Origin: a virus
Taxonomy: Duplodnaviria; Caudoviricetes
DNA: 64,000 nt
Reading direction: 5' to 3' (one strand)
IMG/VR virus record: IMGVR_UViG_3300021399_000100
The notes under the pieces are model-generated. The model ran no database searches and was not told the DNA's origin. It was given only the letters and a program-made list of their open reading frames with translations. Of the stretch, positions 40,067-49,517 are shown one piece after another. Both the position numbers and the translations under genes were made by a program. The stretch's first letter is position 1, and the number at the start of each line of letters is the position of its first letter.

Positions 40067-41884
40067 ATGAACAAAAATGTAATAGTAAACGTACGAAGCA
40101 ACACTCCTATCCGAATTATGGAGTCTCGTACAGAGGGATCTGATTTGTATCTCGTGGGTGAGTTTACTACATTTGATGTAGTAAATCGTAACAAACGAAT
40201 CTACAAGAAAGAGAACTATAAGACTGTGCTTGAGCAGATTTCTGAGAAGTGCTTGAGTGGCGCTTTGATGGGAGAGCTCGGGCATCCTAACGGCAGAAAC
40301 ATGACCGATTTAACTATGGTATCTCATGTTGTGACCAAGTTGGAAATTGATGATGAAAATAACTGTGTAAGAGGTGAATTGAAACTTCTAGACACTCCTA
40401 ACGGTAGAATCGCTCGTACATTGGTAGAGAGCGGTGTACCATTGTTCGTGTCGTCTCGTGCCACAGGATATATAACTAAAGGCGGTGTTGTTACACTTAC
40501 TAACCTCATTACATATGATTTGGTTGATGAGCCTGGATTCGCTAACGCTCGTCTTTCTGTAAAAGATATTACAGAGAGTTTATGTTCAGAATGCGACGAC
40601 ATCGAGAATGTAGCTATCTTTGATACTGAAAGTGGTTGTCCTGTTGATGCTACTGTAGCAGGCGCTGCAGATCAACCAGTGGCTCCTACTACAGCAGAGC
40701 CAGCTGCGCCAGCTGATGACAGACAAGACTTGATAAACGCAATCAATGCATTGAGCAGCACAGTGCAATCTCTCGAAAATAGAATAGCTAACATAGAGGC
40801 TTCTCAGGTTAAAACTGTTCCTGCTATAGACACTACAGCAATAGCTCCTGCTATTTCTCAAATTGTAGACGCTAAAGTAGCCGAATCTAAAGACGAGATT
40901 CTCAAGACAATGTATGACTTGGATGAACGCAGAATAGAAAAGGGTGTAAATAAGCCTGTTGATGAGAGCATGACTAATATCGTAAGATATTTGAATTATG
41001 TTGCTGAAGAAGTCAACAAGCATGAGAAGTGTATGAACTACATCACTAAAAAGGCCAAAGATCATGAGCAGTATATGAACTACATTGCTGAAGAAGCTAA
41101 CAAGCATGAGCAGTATATGAACTACGTTGCCGAGCAGCACAATGCAGAAATGGGTAAAGTAGCTTCATATTTGGATTATGTCGCTGAGAACTTCAATAAC
41201 GGTGATATAGACGCACCAAATGCTCTAAGTGATAATGATCACAAACGCATAGAGGTAATAGAGAGCTACCTTGAAAATATGGGTCTTGAGTTCAACAAGA
41301 ACGAGAAGATTGTCAATGAGAAGATGGGCAAATTCGTAGAGTATGTCGATTATATTGCCAACACTATCAACGAGAACAATCGTGAAGTTGAACTTTTGCA
41401 GCAATACATTAATGAAGAAGTTGTAAGCACTCTTGAAGGTGTTATCAATGAGAATAAAGAATACCGAAAAGAATTCATATCTAACATCAAAGAGTTCAAC
41501 AAGCTCAATAAGTCAGTAAATTCGCTTGATACTCGTATCGGCAACTTCAACGATGCAGTCAACGAACGATTGAACGCTATGAGCGTCGTTTCGGATAGTT
41601 CTAGTATGACTGATGTTAAGAAACTTCTTGAAGATATTCGCACTCGCGAAAATACAGTAAAACAGGCGAAAGCAACAGAAGCTAACACTCAGAAAGAAAA
41701 TCTTTTCTTGGAAAGAGAAGAGAAGAGATTGCTTTCTTTCATGCATCCAAGTGTAAAGCATATCTGGGAAAGTTTCGACAATGCTACTAAATTGAAGATC
41801 GCTACAGATATGAGCGTTTCTAAATGCCTCGCAATTCAGTCTCAATCATTAATACTAACTAGAATGATCCACAACCACAAATAA
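40067..41884 (+). CDS. Prohead protease (gp21-like) fused to scaffold/core (gp22-like)
   Basis: 'NRNKRIY', 'GELGHP', 'VSHV', 'LLDTPNG', 'VSSRATG', 'YDLVDEPGF' followed by repeated YLNYVAEE/YMNYIAEE/YLDYVAE coiled coil. Confidence 0.88.
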   Translation: MNKNVIVNVRSNTPIRIMESRTEGSDLYLVGEFTTFDVVNRNKRIYKKENYKTVLEQISEKCLSGALMGELGHPNGRNMTDLTMVSHVVTKLEIDDENNCVRGELKLLDTPNGRIARTLVESGVPLFVSSRATGYITKGGVVTLTNLITYDLVDEPGFANARLSVKDITESLCSECDDIENVAIFDTESGCPVDATVAGAADQPVAPTTAEPAAPADDRQDLINAINALSSTVQSLENRIANIEASQVKTVPAIDTTAIAPAISQIVDAKVAESKDEILKTMYDLDERRIEKGVNKPVDESMTNIVRYLNYVAEEVNKHEKCMNYITKKAKDHEQYMNYIAEEANKHEQYMNYVAEQHNAEMGKVASYLDYVAENFNNGDIDAPNALSDNDHKRIEVIESYLENMGLEFNKNEKIVNEKMGKFVEYVDYIANTINENNREVELLQQYINEEVVSTLEGVINENKEYRKEFISNIKEFNKLNKSVNSLDTRIGNFNDAVNERLNAMSVVSDSSSMTDVKKLLEDIRTRENTVKQAKATEANTQKENLFLEREEKRLLSFMHPSVKHIWESFDNATKLKIATDMSVSKCLAIQSQSLILTRMIHNHK

Positions 41885-41890
41885 GCCTTT

Positions 41891-42544
41891 ATGAATATTG
41901 CCTTCATTATGGGTTTGATTGATAAGATAAGAGAAGCTGCCGGTAAGATGAAATTCTTATCGGCGACTACTCTTGATATCATCAAAACAGTCTGCATCAT
42001 AGCAACATTATGTTTAGTAACCATTGATTCATACAATAGCACGAAGAAAGAACACTTAGATCCTACTACACGTTTTGTGATAAGCGGCAAGATTCGCCAA
42101 GACCTTACTGAACTAAGAGAGTTTAGTGGAGCAGGGAAGGTTTTTGTTCTCGGATATCATAATGGTATAGCTAATTTTACTCGCGTACCGTTTGTCTTTG
42201 CTGATATGCGATATGAAGTCACTGCGGACTCAATAGAATATACTAGTGATATGTTTAGCAATATCTCGTTAGACAAGTTCGCATTTGCAGAGCAGCATAT
42301 CATGGACAAAGAGTGGTATGGACCTGTATCCCATATGAAAGACGCTAGGCTAGAAGGTGTCCTGAAGAAGTACGGTGTCACTTATATTCATTTCAGTAAT
42401 ATTTCAGACGACAGAGGGATTCCTATAGCTTCAGTAGTTCTATGTTGGTATAATAAGGATACTAATACTTTATCTGCACATTATCATAATATTGTCAATG
42501 CATACGTCAGAAATATCAAGACGTCTTTACTAAAATATCAGTAA
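41891..42544 (+). CDS. Putative T-type holin (single TM plus periplasmic GAF-like domain)
   Basis: N-terminal TM, 'GYHNG...F...DMRYEV', 217 aa, similar in size and topology to T4 holin T. Confidence 0.5.
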   Translation: MNIAFIMGLIDKIREAAGKMKFLSATTLDIIKTVCIIATLCLVTIDSYNSTKKEHLDPTTRFVISGKIRQDLTELREFSGAGKVFVLGYHNGIANFTRVPFVFADMRYEVTADSIEYTSDMFSNISLDKFAFAEQHIMDKEWYGPVSHMKDARLEGVLKKYGVTYIHFSNISDDRGIPIASVVLCWYNKDTNTLSAHYHNIVNAYVRNIKTSLLKYQ

Positions 42545-42641
42545 CAACACAAATTCTATATGATAAAGAAATGCATATCTGTATGTAGATATGCATTTTC
42601 TATTTATGGCTGTAAATAATAATAATGCATAAAAAATAACC

Positions 42642-44114
42642 ATGAGCAATCTTATTAATATAAATGAAGGAAAAGTTGCTGATAAGAAGACTCTCGTCTT
42701 TCTATCAGCTAGAGCTGCTAAAAAGTGCGCAGATACTTCACTAGATATATTTGAAAAGCAGGCAAAAAGCAGAGGCTATGGATTTTATTGTCTAAACCCT
42801 GAGTTTACAACTATTGACGATTGCAGAGATAATGAATACGTATTCACTCTAGCAGATACTTCGAATAATACCGAAGTCGTATGTGATATTCGTAATACTA
42901 TTATCATACCGCGCAGATCTGCCATCACTACAAGAACATCATGCGACTTATTGAAGTTGCTGAAGTTTCATGGATTCTTTCTAGTCAATACTCTTGATGT
43001 CTTCCTCGCATGCGAAGATAAATTTGAGACTTATAGAGTACTGAGCAATGCTGGCATACCTACGCCAGATACAATATTGTGCCCGAAGAAAAATGTACAA
43101 AAGGCTCTAGATAAGGCATCTGCATGGGGCTATCCTATAGTAGGAAAGCTCCCTTCCGGCACTCAAGGTATAGGTGTATTCATTATGGATTCGCCTAATA
43201 GTGCTCTTTCAGTGTTGCAAGCGATGACCTCCACTACTGATGGCGTTATACTTCAGCGATTCATCAATTCGCGTTGTGACTACCGCGTACATGTACTGAA
43301 TAATTCTTACTCGCAGCTGGAGCCTAAATATGAAGTCATAGGCATGATGCGCCGCTCGCATACTAAAGAGGATTTCAGATCAAATTACCACTTAGGCGCT
43401 TCTGTTGAGATTGTCAACGTAGAAAACACTGATGCAGAAGTGATTAAGCATATAGAAGATATAGCTATTGCTGCTGCTAAAGCTGTAGGTGCTGTATGGT
43501 GTGGAGTCGATGTCATTGTAAGTGAGGATAACAAATATTATGTCATAGAGATCAATTCGTCCCCAGGCACAACAGGTATAACTTCTGCGGGAGGTACTCC
43601 TGTAGAGAGTATCATGACGTTCTTCGAGAAATTCGAATGGATACCTAATAACAATATAGCGGGATGTGTAGAGACTATGGACCTCGTGTTCAGTGAGAAT
43701 GAAAGGTTCCAATGTAATATGGGTTTGAGCACAGACGATGTATGTACTATATTCTATGACAGCATGCGTATGATAGATCATACTGATCAAGCTGAGGTAT
43801 TCATTCACGGCATAAGTAATCCTATATATATGAATATCACTGGTAGCAACAATAAAGGTGCTAAAACTGCGTATATAAATGTTTCATTCAATCATGTTAA
43901 GTATAAATATGTTCCTGTTGTACTTGTTTCGTCGGACGATGTTAAGAAAGCGTATACAACGGATATAATCAAAGGAGAGGTTCCTTCTAATCCTATGGAG
44001 AAAAATGGGTTTGAACTTGCAGGTATCATGGGAAGTCCATTTACATCAAGAGCAAACGTATGTATTTCTGCAGATGTAGACCATATCGTAACAGACGAGA
44101 TTAGACTAGCATAA
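42642..44114 (+). CDS. rimK: RimK-family ATP-grasp ligase fused to a degenerate retropepsin-like domain
   Basis: 'CEDKF.T...L..AGIPTP.T', 'K...GTQGIGV', 'LQRFI', 'DYRV', 'DFRSNYHLG', 'GVDVI', 'IEINSSPG'. Confidence 0.85.
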   Translation: MSNLININEGKVADKKTLVFLSARAAKKCADTSLDIFEKQAKSRGYGFYCLNPEFTTIDDCRDNEYVFTLADTSNNTEVVCDIRNTIIIPRRSAITTRTSCDLLKLLKFHGFFLVNTLDVFLACEDKFETYRVLSNAGIPTPDTILCPKKNVQKALDKASAWGYPIVGKLPSGTQGIGVFIMDSPNSALSVLQAMTSTTDGVILQRFINSRCDYRVHVLNNSYSQLEPKYEVIGMMRRSHTKEDFRSNYHLGASVEIVNVENTDAEVIKHIEDIAIAAAKAVGAVWCGVDVIVSEDNKYYVIEINSSPGTTGITSAGGTPVESIMTFFEKFEWIPNNNIAGCVETMDLVFSENERFQCNMGLSTDDVCTIFYDSMRMIDHTDQAEVFIHGISNPIYMNITGSNNKGAKTAYINVSFNHVKYKYVPVVLVSSDDVKKAYTTDIIKGEVPSNPMEKNGFELAGIMGSPFTSRANVCISADVDHIVTDEIRLA

Positions 44115-44129
44115 TAGAATCTTCTCATA

Positions 44130-44218
44130 AATGCGATTTAACGCGATATCTTTTATAAATTGATATCTTATACAGTTTGATATGTATATGTGATTATACG
44201 CGCGTTTATGCGCGAAAT
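44130..44218 (-). repeat. Dispersed ~90-bp fixed-spacing element, copy 2
   Basis: Reverse complement: GCGCGTATAA-N24-AAGATATC-N11-GATATCGCGTTAAATCGCATT. Confidence 0.85.
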
Positions 44219-44225
44219 TTTAATA

Positions 44226-44267
44226 AAATAGAGCTATGTTCATAGTTATTCGAACATAGCTCTATTT
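44226..44267. terminator. Long hairpin, bidirectional terminator
   Basis: aaatagagctatgttc-atagttattc-gaacatagctctattt. Confidence 0.8.
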
Positions 44268-44290
44268 ATTTTGATGGTATTTACATTTCG

Positions 44291-45169
44291 TTATAGCCAA
44301 GGAACGTCATGAACCTCTATAGGAACGGCCTCTAAGTCGGCTTCATCAGAGTCTAGGATGATCTTTGCCTTTTTAAGTCTTCGGATATAGCTATTTTTTA
44401 TTGAATCGTCTTCAATCTCTATCCTTCTATTTTTACTCATTTCAAGATAGTCTAAATTAGATTCTAGTCCCAAATACATCCTACCAAGAAGATTCGCTGC
44501 GATACCCGTAGTAGCACTTCCGCTGAAAGGGTCAAGAATCCATGCTCCAGGAATAGTAGACGCCTGTATAATACGTGTTAAAACACTTAGAGGCTTCTGT
44601 GTAGGATGCATACTACACGATTTCTCCCATTTTGCAACAGCTGGCATTCTCCAAACATCGGTCATCTGTTTGTTATCGTTCAAGCGCTTCATTAGTTCAT
44701 AGTTGAAATAGTGCGGCACTTTCGGAGACTTTCTCGCCCATATAATAAACTCAGTAGAATAGGTAAAATAGCGGCACGAGATATTAGGCATCGGATTGGT
44801 CTTCGCCCATGTAATAACGTTAAGGATCTTAAAACCTAACTTTAAGAGTTGCTGCTGGACACTGAAGATATTATGATGGGTACCGGAAATCCAAATAGTC
44901 GCATTCTCCTTCATATGTTCTCTACAAGCAGACAACCACTTGAAATTAAAGGCATCCATTTCTTCTGATGTTATTGGCTTATCCCAGTCTCCCTTATCAA
45001 CGCATCCAACCTTCCCATGTTGCAAAGAGATTCCACCGCTAGAAAGAAAATAAGGAGGGTCGGCAAATACCATATCAAAATCGAAATTCAATTTCGAAAG
45101 AGTATCTACACAATCACCATGAATCAAGGCAAAGTCATTGTTTACTGATTTATAATACAATGGCACCAT
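44291..45169 (-). CDS. Orphan DNA adenine methyltransferase, beta class, DpnA (M2.DpnII)-like
   Basis: 'FADPPYFLSSGG...VDKGDWD', 'WISGT.HNI', 'HPTQKP', 'LDPFSGSATTG'. Confidence 0.88.
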   Translation of the reverse strand: MVPLYYKSVNNDFALIHGDCVDTLSKLNFDFDMVFADPPYFLSSGGISLQHGKVGCVDKGDWDKPITSEEMDAFNFKWLSACREHMKENATIWISGTHHNIFSVQQQLLKLGFKILNVITWAKTNPMPNISCRYFTYSTEFIIWARKSPKVPHYFNYELMKRLNDNKQMTDVWRMPAVAKWEKSCSMHPTQKPLSVLTRIIQASTIPGAWILDPFSGSATTGIAANLLGRMYLGLESNLDYLEMSKNRRIEIEDDSIKNSYIRRLKKAKIILDSDEADLEAVPIEVHDVPWL

Positions 45170-45185
45170 ATTAAATTACGTGAAA

Positions 45186-46343
45186 CTATCTATACAGCAT
45201 ATCTTTCATCGCTTCGATAGAGGATGAATTATACATGCTCTGCTTCTGCATGGTATCTATGCATAGATGTACTGTTTCATCGTCTATATTCATAGCCACT
45301 TTGACTACATCAGTTACATCTTTGCATCTAGACAGGTCTATATTGAGATCATGCATAGCCCATTTCTTATATTGTGGCCATGAGAATACTGTGAACCCTT
45401 TACGTATAAGAGACATGGCCATAGCATTTCCAGTATCATCATCATCTAGAAGGAATCTTATATGCTCCTGTTCGTTCTGGAACAAGCTGATAACTCCTCC
45501 CATATTACCAGTACCTCCAGTCGATATAGAGTTGTCTATAAACGCTGCGTCAAAGAATCCTTCACAGCACGTGATGACATTATTGAATGACACATTGAGT
45601 ATATTGTTAGCAGTAACAAATGTTCGAAAGGCATCTAGTGTATCTCTCACGTCTTTAGTTGCTCTAGGTGACAGCGATGTCAGATATCTGAAATAATATC
45701 TCTGAGAAGCTTTCTCATCGATTATACGGGTACTGGTACCTAAAATGCGCATCTGGTTATCTGAATATACTGCATTCAATTGGGATGGTCCACCTTTCCC
45801 TGTATCTCCTACTATCTGCATCTTATAATCATCTGTCATATATTTGTACCCCCTATCCATCATGTATTTCATAAAAGGAAGAGTATTCCCTAGAGGGACG
45901 AACCCGATATTCAACAAATTAGCTATAGGGACTGCTATATTAAATAAAGATTTCCTTGCTTGACAAATCTTATCATATAATGAACTGCTCTTGTTTATAG
46001 ATTCCGATACATGCACTTTATGTTGCAGATTATCGTTAAACACTCCATCAAGAAGCTTGCCGAATTTTGGATCAAGGGGCTTGCCGCATTTATAGAAAAC
46101 CTGCCTCACACTACCCCAGAATCCACAATTATAGCATTTGACTGCCATAGAGTCTGTGTATATATGCATACGCTTCTTAAAAATATCTCTAGAAGAGTCA
46201 CCGCATATAGGGCATGAACATATAAGTTCATCTCCTTTATAATTAGTGTTTATAGTTCTCTTGGCTTTACCTTCTGCTGCAAATCTATAATTCAGCAAAT
46301 CTTGTAGCTTATTTTTTACAGCCTGTTGCAATTCATTATTCAT
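45186..46343 (-). CDS. gp61: DNA primase (T4 gp61-like)
   Basis: Zn finger 'CPICGDS...KKR...CYNCG'; TOPRIM 'CEGFFDA', 'LDDDDTG', 'KD..D'. Confidence 0.88.
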   Translation of the reverse strand: MNNELQQAVKNKLQDLLNYRFAAEGKAKRTINTNYKGDELICSCPICGDSSRDIFKKRMHIYTDSMAVKCYNCGFWGSVRQVFYKCGKPLDPKFGKLLDGVFNDNLQHKVHVSESINKSSSLYDKICQARKSLFNIAVPIANLLNIGFVPLGNTLPFMKYMMDRGYKYMTDDYKMQIVGDTGKGGPSQLNAVYSDNQMRILGTSTRIIDEKASQRYYFRYLTSLSPRATKDVRDTLDAFRTFVTANNILNVSFNNVITCCEGFFDAAFIDNSISTGGTGNMGGVISLFQNEQEHIRFLLDDDDTGNAMAMSLIRKGFTVFSWPQYKKWAMHDLNIDLSRCKDVTDVVKVAMNIDDETVHLCIDTMQKQSMYNSSSIEAMKDMLYR

Positions 46344-46356
46344 GCTGCTATTATAT

Positions 46357-46881
46357 TTATTTATTGTTGCCCTCGTCAAACGCTGTCAGAGACACGTCTG
46401 CACATTTCTTATATGTCTTGATACTTGTAGAGCAGCAGTTCAATATAGTTGACGAGAAGAATGAGAAGCAATTATTCTTCAGCAATATGACATCGCCATC
46501 TTTCAACGTATCAACATTATTAGAATCTATTCTAGAATAATCTTTCATATAGCACGCAGACAAAGGATACGTTACTTTTACGTTCTTATCTTTCTTAGAG
46601 TACCCTATAATTTCATTGTCATCTGTCACGCCTAGAAATGTATTTTCTAGATACAGCTTGAATTTCTTAACGGCGATCATGCATCGAGTAACTGCATCAG
46701 ATACGACATATTGTCTGACTTCATCAGATGAGAAAGCAAGCTTTGACGTTTGTAGCCGTGCTAGCTGCAAAAATATTTTATACGCAGTATTCTCCGCTCT
46801 ACGGATCTCTGTAAGAGTTCCGGTCTCATATGCATCCTGCAGCTGGGTGCACACGCTTTCGAGTCTTGAATTATTTATCAT
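46357..46881 (-). CDS. Phage sigma factor, T4 gp55-like (with insertion)
   Basis: 'IFLQLA....K..F...VVSDAV..C....KKF ... NCFSFFSSTILN' matches the gp55 pattern MI.DG.E.C..Y..NF...NPFAYFT; start at 46881 by promoter spacing. Confidence 0.6.
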   Translation of the reverse strand: MINNSRLESVCTQLQDAYETGTLTEIRRAENTAYKIFLQLARLQTSKLAFSSDEVRQYVVSDAVTRCMIAVKKFKLYLENTFLGVTDDNEIIGYSKKDKNVKVTYPLSACYMKDYSRIDSNNVDTLKDGDVILLKNNCFSFFSSTILNCCSTSIKTYKKCADVSLTAFDEGNNK

Positions 46882-46994
46882 TTTTGTGAGTCGGTCATAT
46901 ATTAATATAATCACATAATTATACAAAATAGCACAGCTGACTGAACAACTGTGCTATTTTATTAATTTATAGTCATATAGATGTAATCTATATG

Positions 46995-47219
46995 TTAAAA
47001 TGCCATGTATGCTGTGAGTGCCCTGATAAAAGTACTAGAGTTCATCATATCGTACAGAGGCCCTTTGGTTATGCCTAATGCCTGACATATGGCTTTAGCA
47101 ACTTTAGGGCCTATCACTGCGCCCATAGCAGCAGAAATGATGCCTTCATTGACACTGCTGTTTATTTCAGTATCGTCTTTTTGGAGAGCATACTGATTAA
47201 ATGTTTTGCAATTTTTCAT
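46995..47219 (-). CDS. Small protein with capsid-targeting-like leader
   Basis: MKNCKTFNQY...SVNE|G followed by a hydrophobic glycine-rich helix. Confidence 0.6.
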   Translation of the reverse strand: MKNCKTFNQYALQKDDTEINSSVNEGIISAAMGAVIGPKVAKAICQALGITKGPLYDMMNSSTFIRALTAYMAF

Positions 47220-47224
47220 ACATA

Positions 47225-49405
47225 TTAACTTCTAGTTTCTTTTCCCATTTTAATTGTATTAACACCATATGAATCAAATATACGGTCAAATTCAGAACTT
47301 ACGTACTGTGTGCTCACGTCTAGCTTCGTGAGACAAGACACAAACATATCTTTAACATTGAAGTTATTACGTCTACAATATGTTCGCACGAGGTCACATA
47401 ATTCAGGTATAGAAGCTACAGCTCCATCCCATGCGCGATCACCTACATTAAGAAAGACATTATAATCACTAGGATTGATAATCTTTGGATCCTTAAGAAC
47501 AGCTATAGCGGTGTTGAATGATTCTCTATTATCTGAACCTGCAATTTTTATTACGGCGAACTTGGCTGATGATATCTTGCTTAAATCTGAACATATAATA
47601 ACATCAGTATCATTACCAGCAAATCCAGAACGCATAGGTATCATTACTATTTTCTCTATGACATCTTCATACTCCTCCCATACAGCGATTAAACAGTCTA
47701 TAAAACTGCATATAAGTGGTGCACCCATTGAACCTGAGTTATCAAACATGTAAACTAGATTAATTTTGGCATCTGCTCTGGTACTCTTATTATATGGACG
47801 TACTTCTTTTTTCCATAAGTGTCCATGACTGCCCCATCTACCTTGTTTATTTACACCAGAAACTATTGTTTCACATGCATGTGTTATGATACCTTTCAGT
47901 TTGGTTATAGTTCCTACAGACAATGCTGAACTTATGGTACGCATGCATCGTTCTAAGTCCGAAGGACTCAGTGTCCCTGTTAAGGTGCCAGAAAATAAAC
48001 CACCGTCCCATTCGCTTACTCCTGTACGACGGCGTATCCATTCATCTATAGCATCAGACAGTTTCTTGGCATCTTCTATTTCAGAGCCGCTGCCTTTATC
48101 GCCGTTACCCCCTCCACCTTCACCTTTCGAAGGTGCAGCACTTTCGTCTCCGTATCCACCTCCAGATTCTCCAGATTCTTCAGAGTCCTCTCCAGAACTA
48201 TTTCCAGTGCCTTCAGAGCCTTCCGCTCTATCTTCAGAGTCCTCTCCAGAACCATTTCCAGTGCCTTCAGAGCCTTCAGAGCCTTCAGAGTCCTCTCCAG
48301 AGCCATTTTCAACACCTTCTCCAGATTCTTCAGTGTCATCTTCAGAGTCTTCGTCATCTTTTTCAGATTTTCCAGGTGAACCCTTACTATTATTTTTGCC
48401 GTCGTTTCCAATTTCACCAGGGAATGGGTCATCATCTTCAGGCTTTTTCGTCCTGTTATCAATGATAGGGCCGTTGATTTCTATTTCTCCAGGATCTCCT
48501 TTTGGTTTTTTACCGTTGTCAGAAACGTGTACAGGACCGTCTATTACTGTAGTATCGTCCTGAGAATCATCATCGTCCTCCTCATCGTCATCATCTGCAT
48601 CTTCATCAGGGTCTTCTATAATAACAGGGCCGTTGATAATAGTTTTTTTCTTAGGCTTGAATACTTTTTCTTTTGCTCTATTCATCTCATCCTGCTTTCT
48701 TAATTCGTCAAAGATGGCCTCAAAAGGTTTTTTTCCATATTCTTTTTTATAGCAAAATCTAGGATTAATAGGATCCCCTCCAGTAAGGAACTCTTCATCT
48801 GCAAGTCCAACTCTCTGAAGAATATAATTGTCTTCATAATCCGCTGCTATATTAATCAAATCATGGTTTCTACTGTACCAGTCTATAATCGACTGTGGTG
48901 TAGGATTATCTGATCGTCTGCCCTTAATAACAGGGCATATTTCATCACGCATAGCAGTATTCTTTTCGATATGCGATATGATGCGTACAGGAATATCCTG
49001 ATATGTATGATAAAGCTCATGGCCATATACAAAAGCAACATCATCTGATTTGATAGACAATATAAATGGCATATAGAACATGAGCTCGCCACCTCCAACG
49101 CATGCTGTTGTACATCCATGCATTGGCTGAGTACATATGTATGTGTTCAAACCAGTAGACAATATACCTATAGTCCTCTCCGCTTTTCTTTTCAAGCGGA
49201 TCATCTCTTCATAAAATTTGCCTATATGCACTAGCCATGTTTGGTTTCTTACGTCAGGGATGAGCACTTTTCTATTGTCTTCTGATAGTTCGTCTAAAGG
49301 TTTTTTAGGGTTGCTCGACAAAAAGTCTTTAGTGTCTTGGGCAATCCTTTTCAATTGCTTTGGAGTCACTTTAACGTCTTCCCATTTTTTACAACAATTC
49401 TGCAT
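47225..49405 (-). CDS. DUF2201-type metallopeptidase, acidic G/S/E linker and VWA domain
   Basis: 'GHELYH', 'NIAADYEDN', MIDAS 'FDNSGSM'; linker repeats GSGEDSEGSEG; start 49405 (hairpin at 49457-49487 and GTAAATA upstream). Confidence 0.8.
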   Translation of the reverse strand: MQNCCKKWEDVKVTPKQLKRIAQDTKDFLSSNPKKPLDELSEDNRKVLIPDVRNQTWLVHIGKFYEEMIRLKRKAERTIGILSTGLNTYICTQPMHGCTTACVGGGELMFYMPFILSIKSDDVAFVYGHELYHTYQDIPVRIISHIEKNTAMRDEICPVIKGRRSDNPTPQSIIDWYSRNHDLINIAADYEDNYILQRVGLADEEFLTGGDPINPRFCYKKEYGKKPFEAIFDELRKQDEMNRAKEKVFKPKKKTIINGPVIIEDPDEDADDDDEEDDDDSQDDTTVIDGPVHVSDNGKKPKGDPGEIEINGPIIDNRTKKPEDDDPFPGEIGNDGKNNSKGSPGKSEKDDEDSEDDTEESGEGVENGSGEDSEGSEGSEGTGNGSGEDSEDRAEGSEGTGNSSGEDSEESGESGGGYGDESAAPSKGEGGGGNGDKGSGSEIEDAKKLSDAIDEWIRRRTGVSEWDGGLFSGTLTGTLSPSDLERCMRTISSALSVGTITKLKGIITHACETIVSGVNKQGRWGSHGHLWKKEVRPYNKSTRADAKINLVYMFDNSGSMGAPLICSFIDCLIAVWEEYEDVIEKIVMIPMRSGFAGNDTDVIICSDLSKISSAKFAVIKIAGSDNRESFNTAIAVLKDPKIINPSDYNVFLNVGDRAWDGAVASIPELCDLVRTYCRRNNFNVKDMFVSCLTKLDVSTQYVSSEFDRIFDSYGVNTIKMGKETRS

Positions 49406-49517
49406 ATACTGATTTCTGATCTGATATAGAGTATTTACATTGGTATAATCAAACAAATGCAGTGGGTATACATATATCCACTGCATTCAGAAATATATAA
49501 TTTAATATAATCAACCA

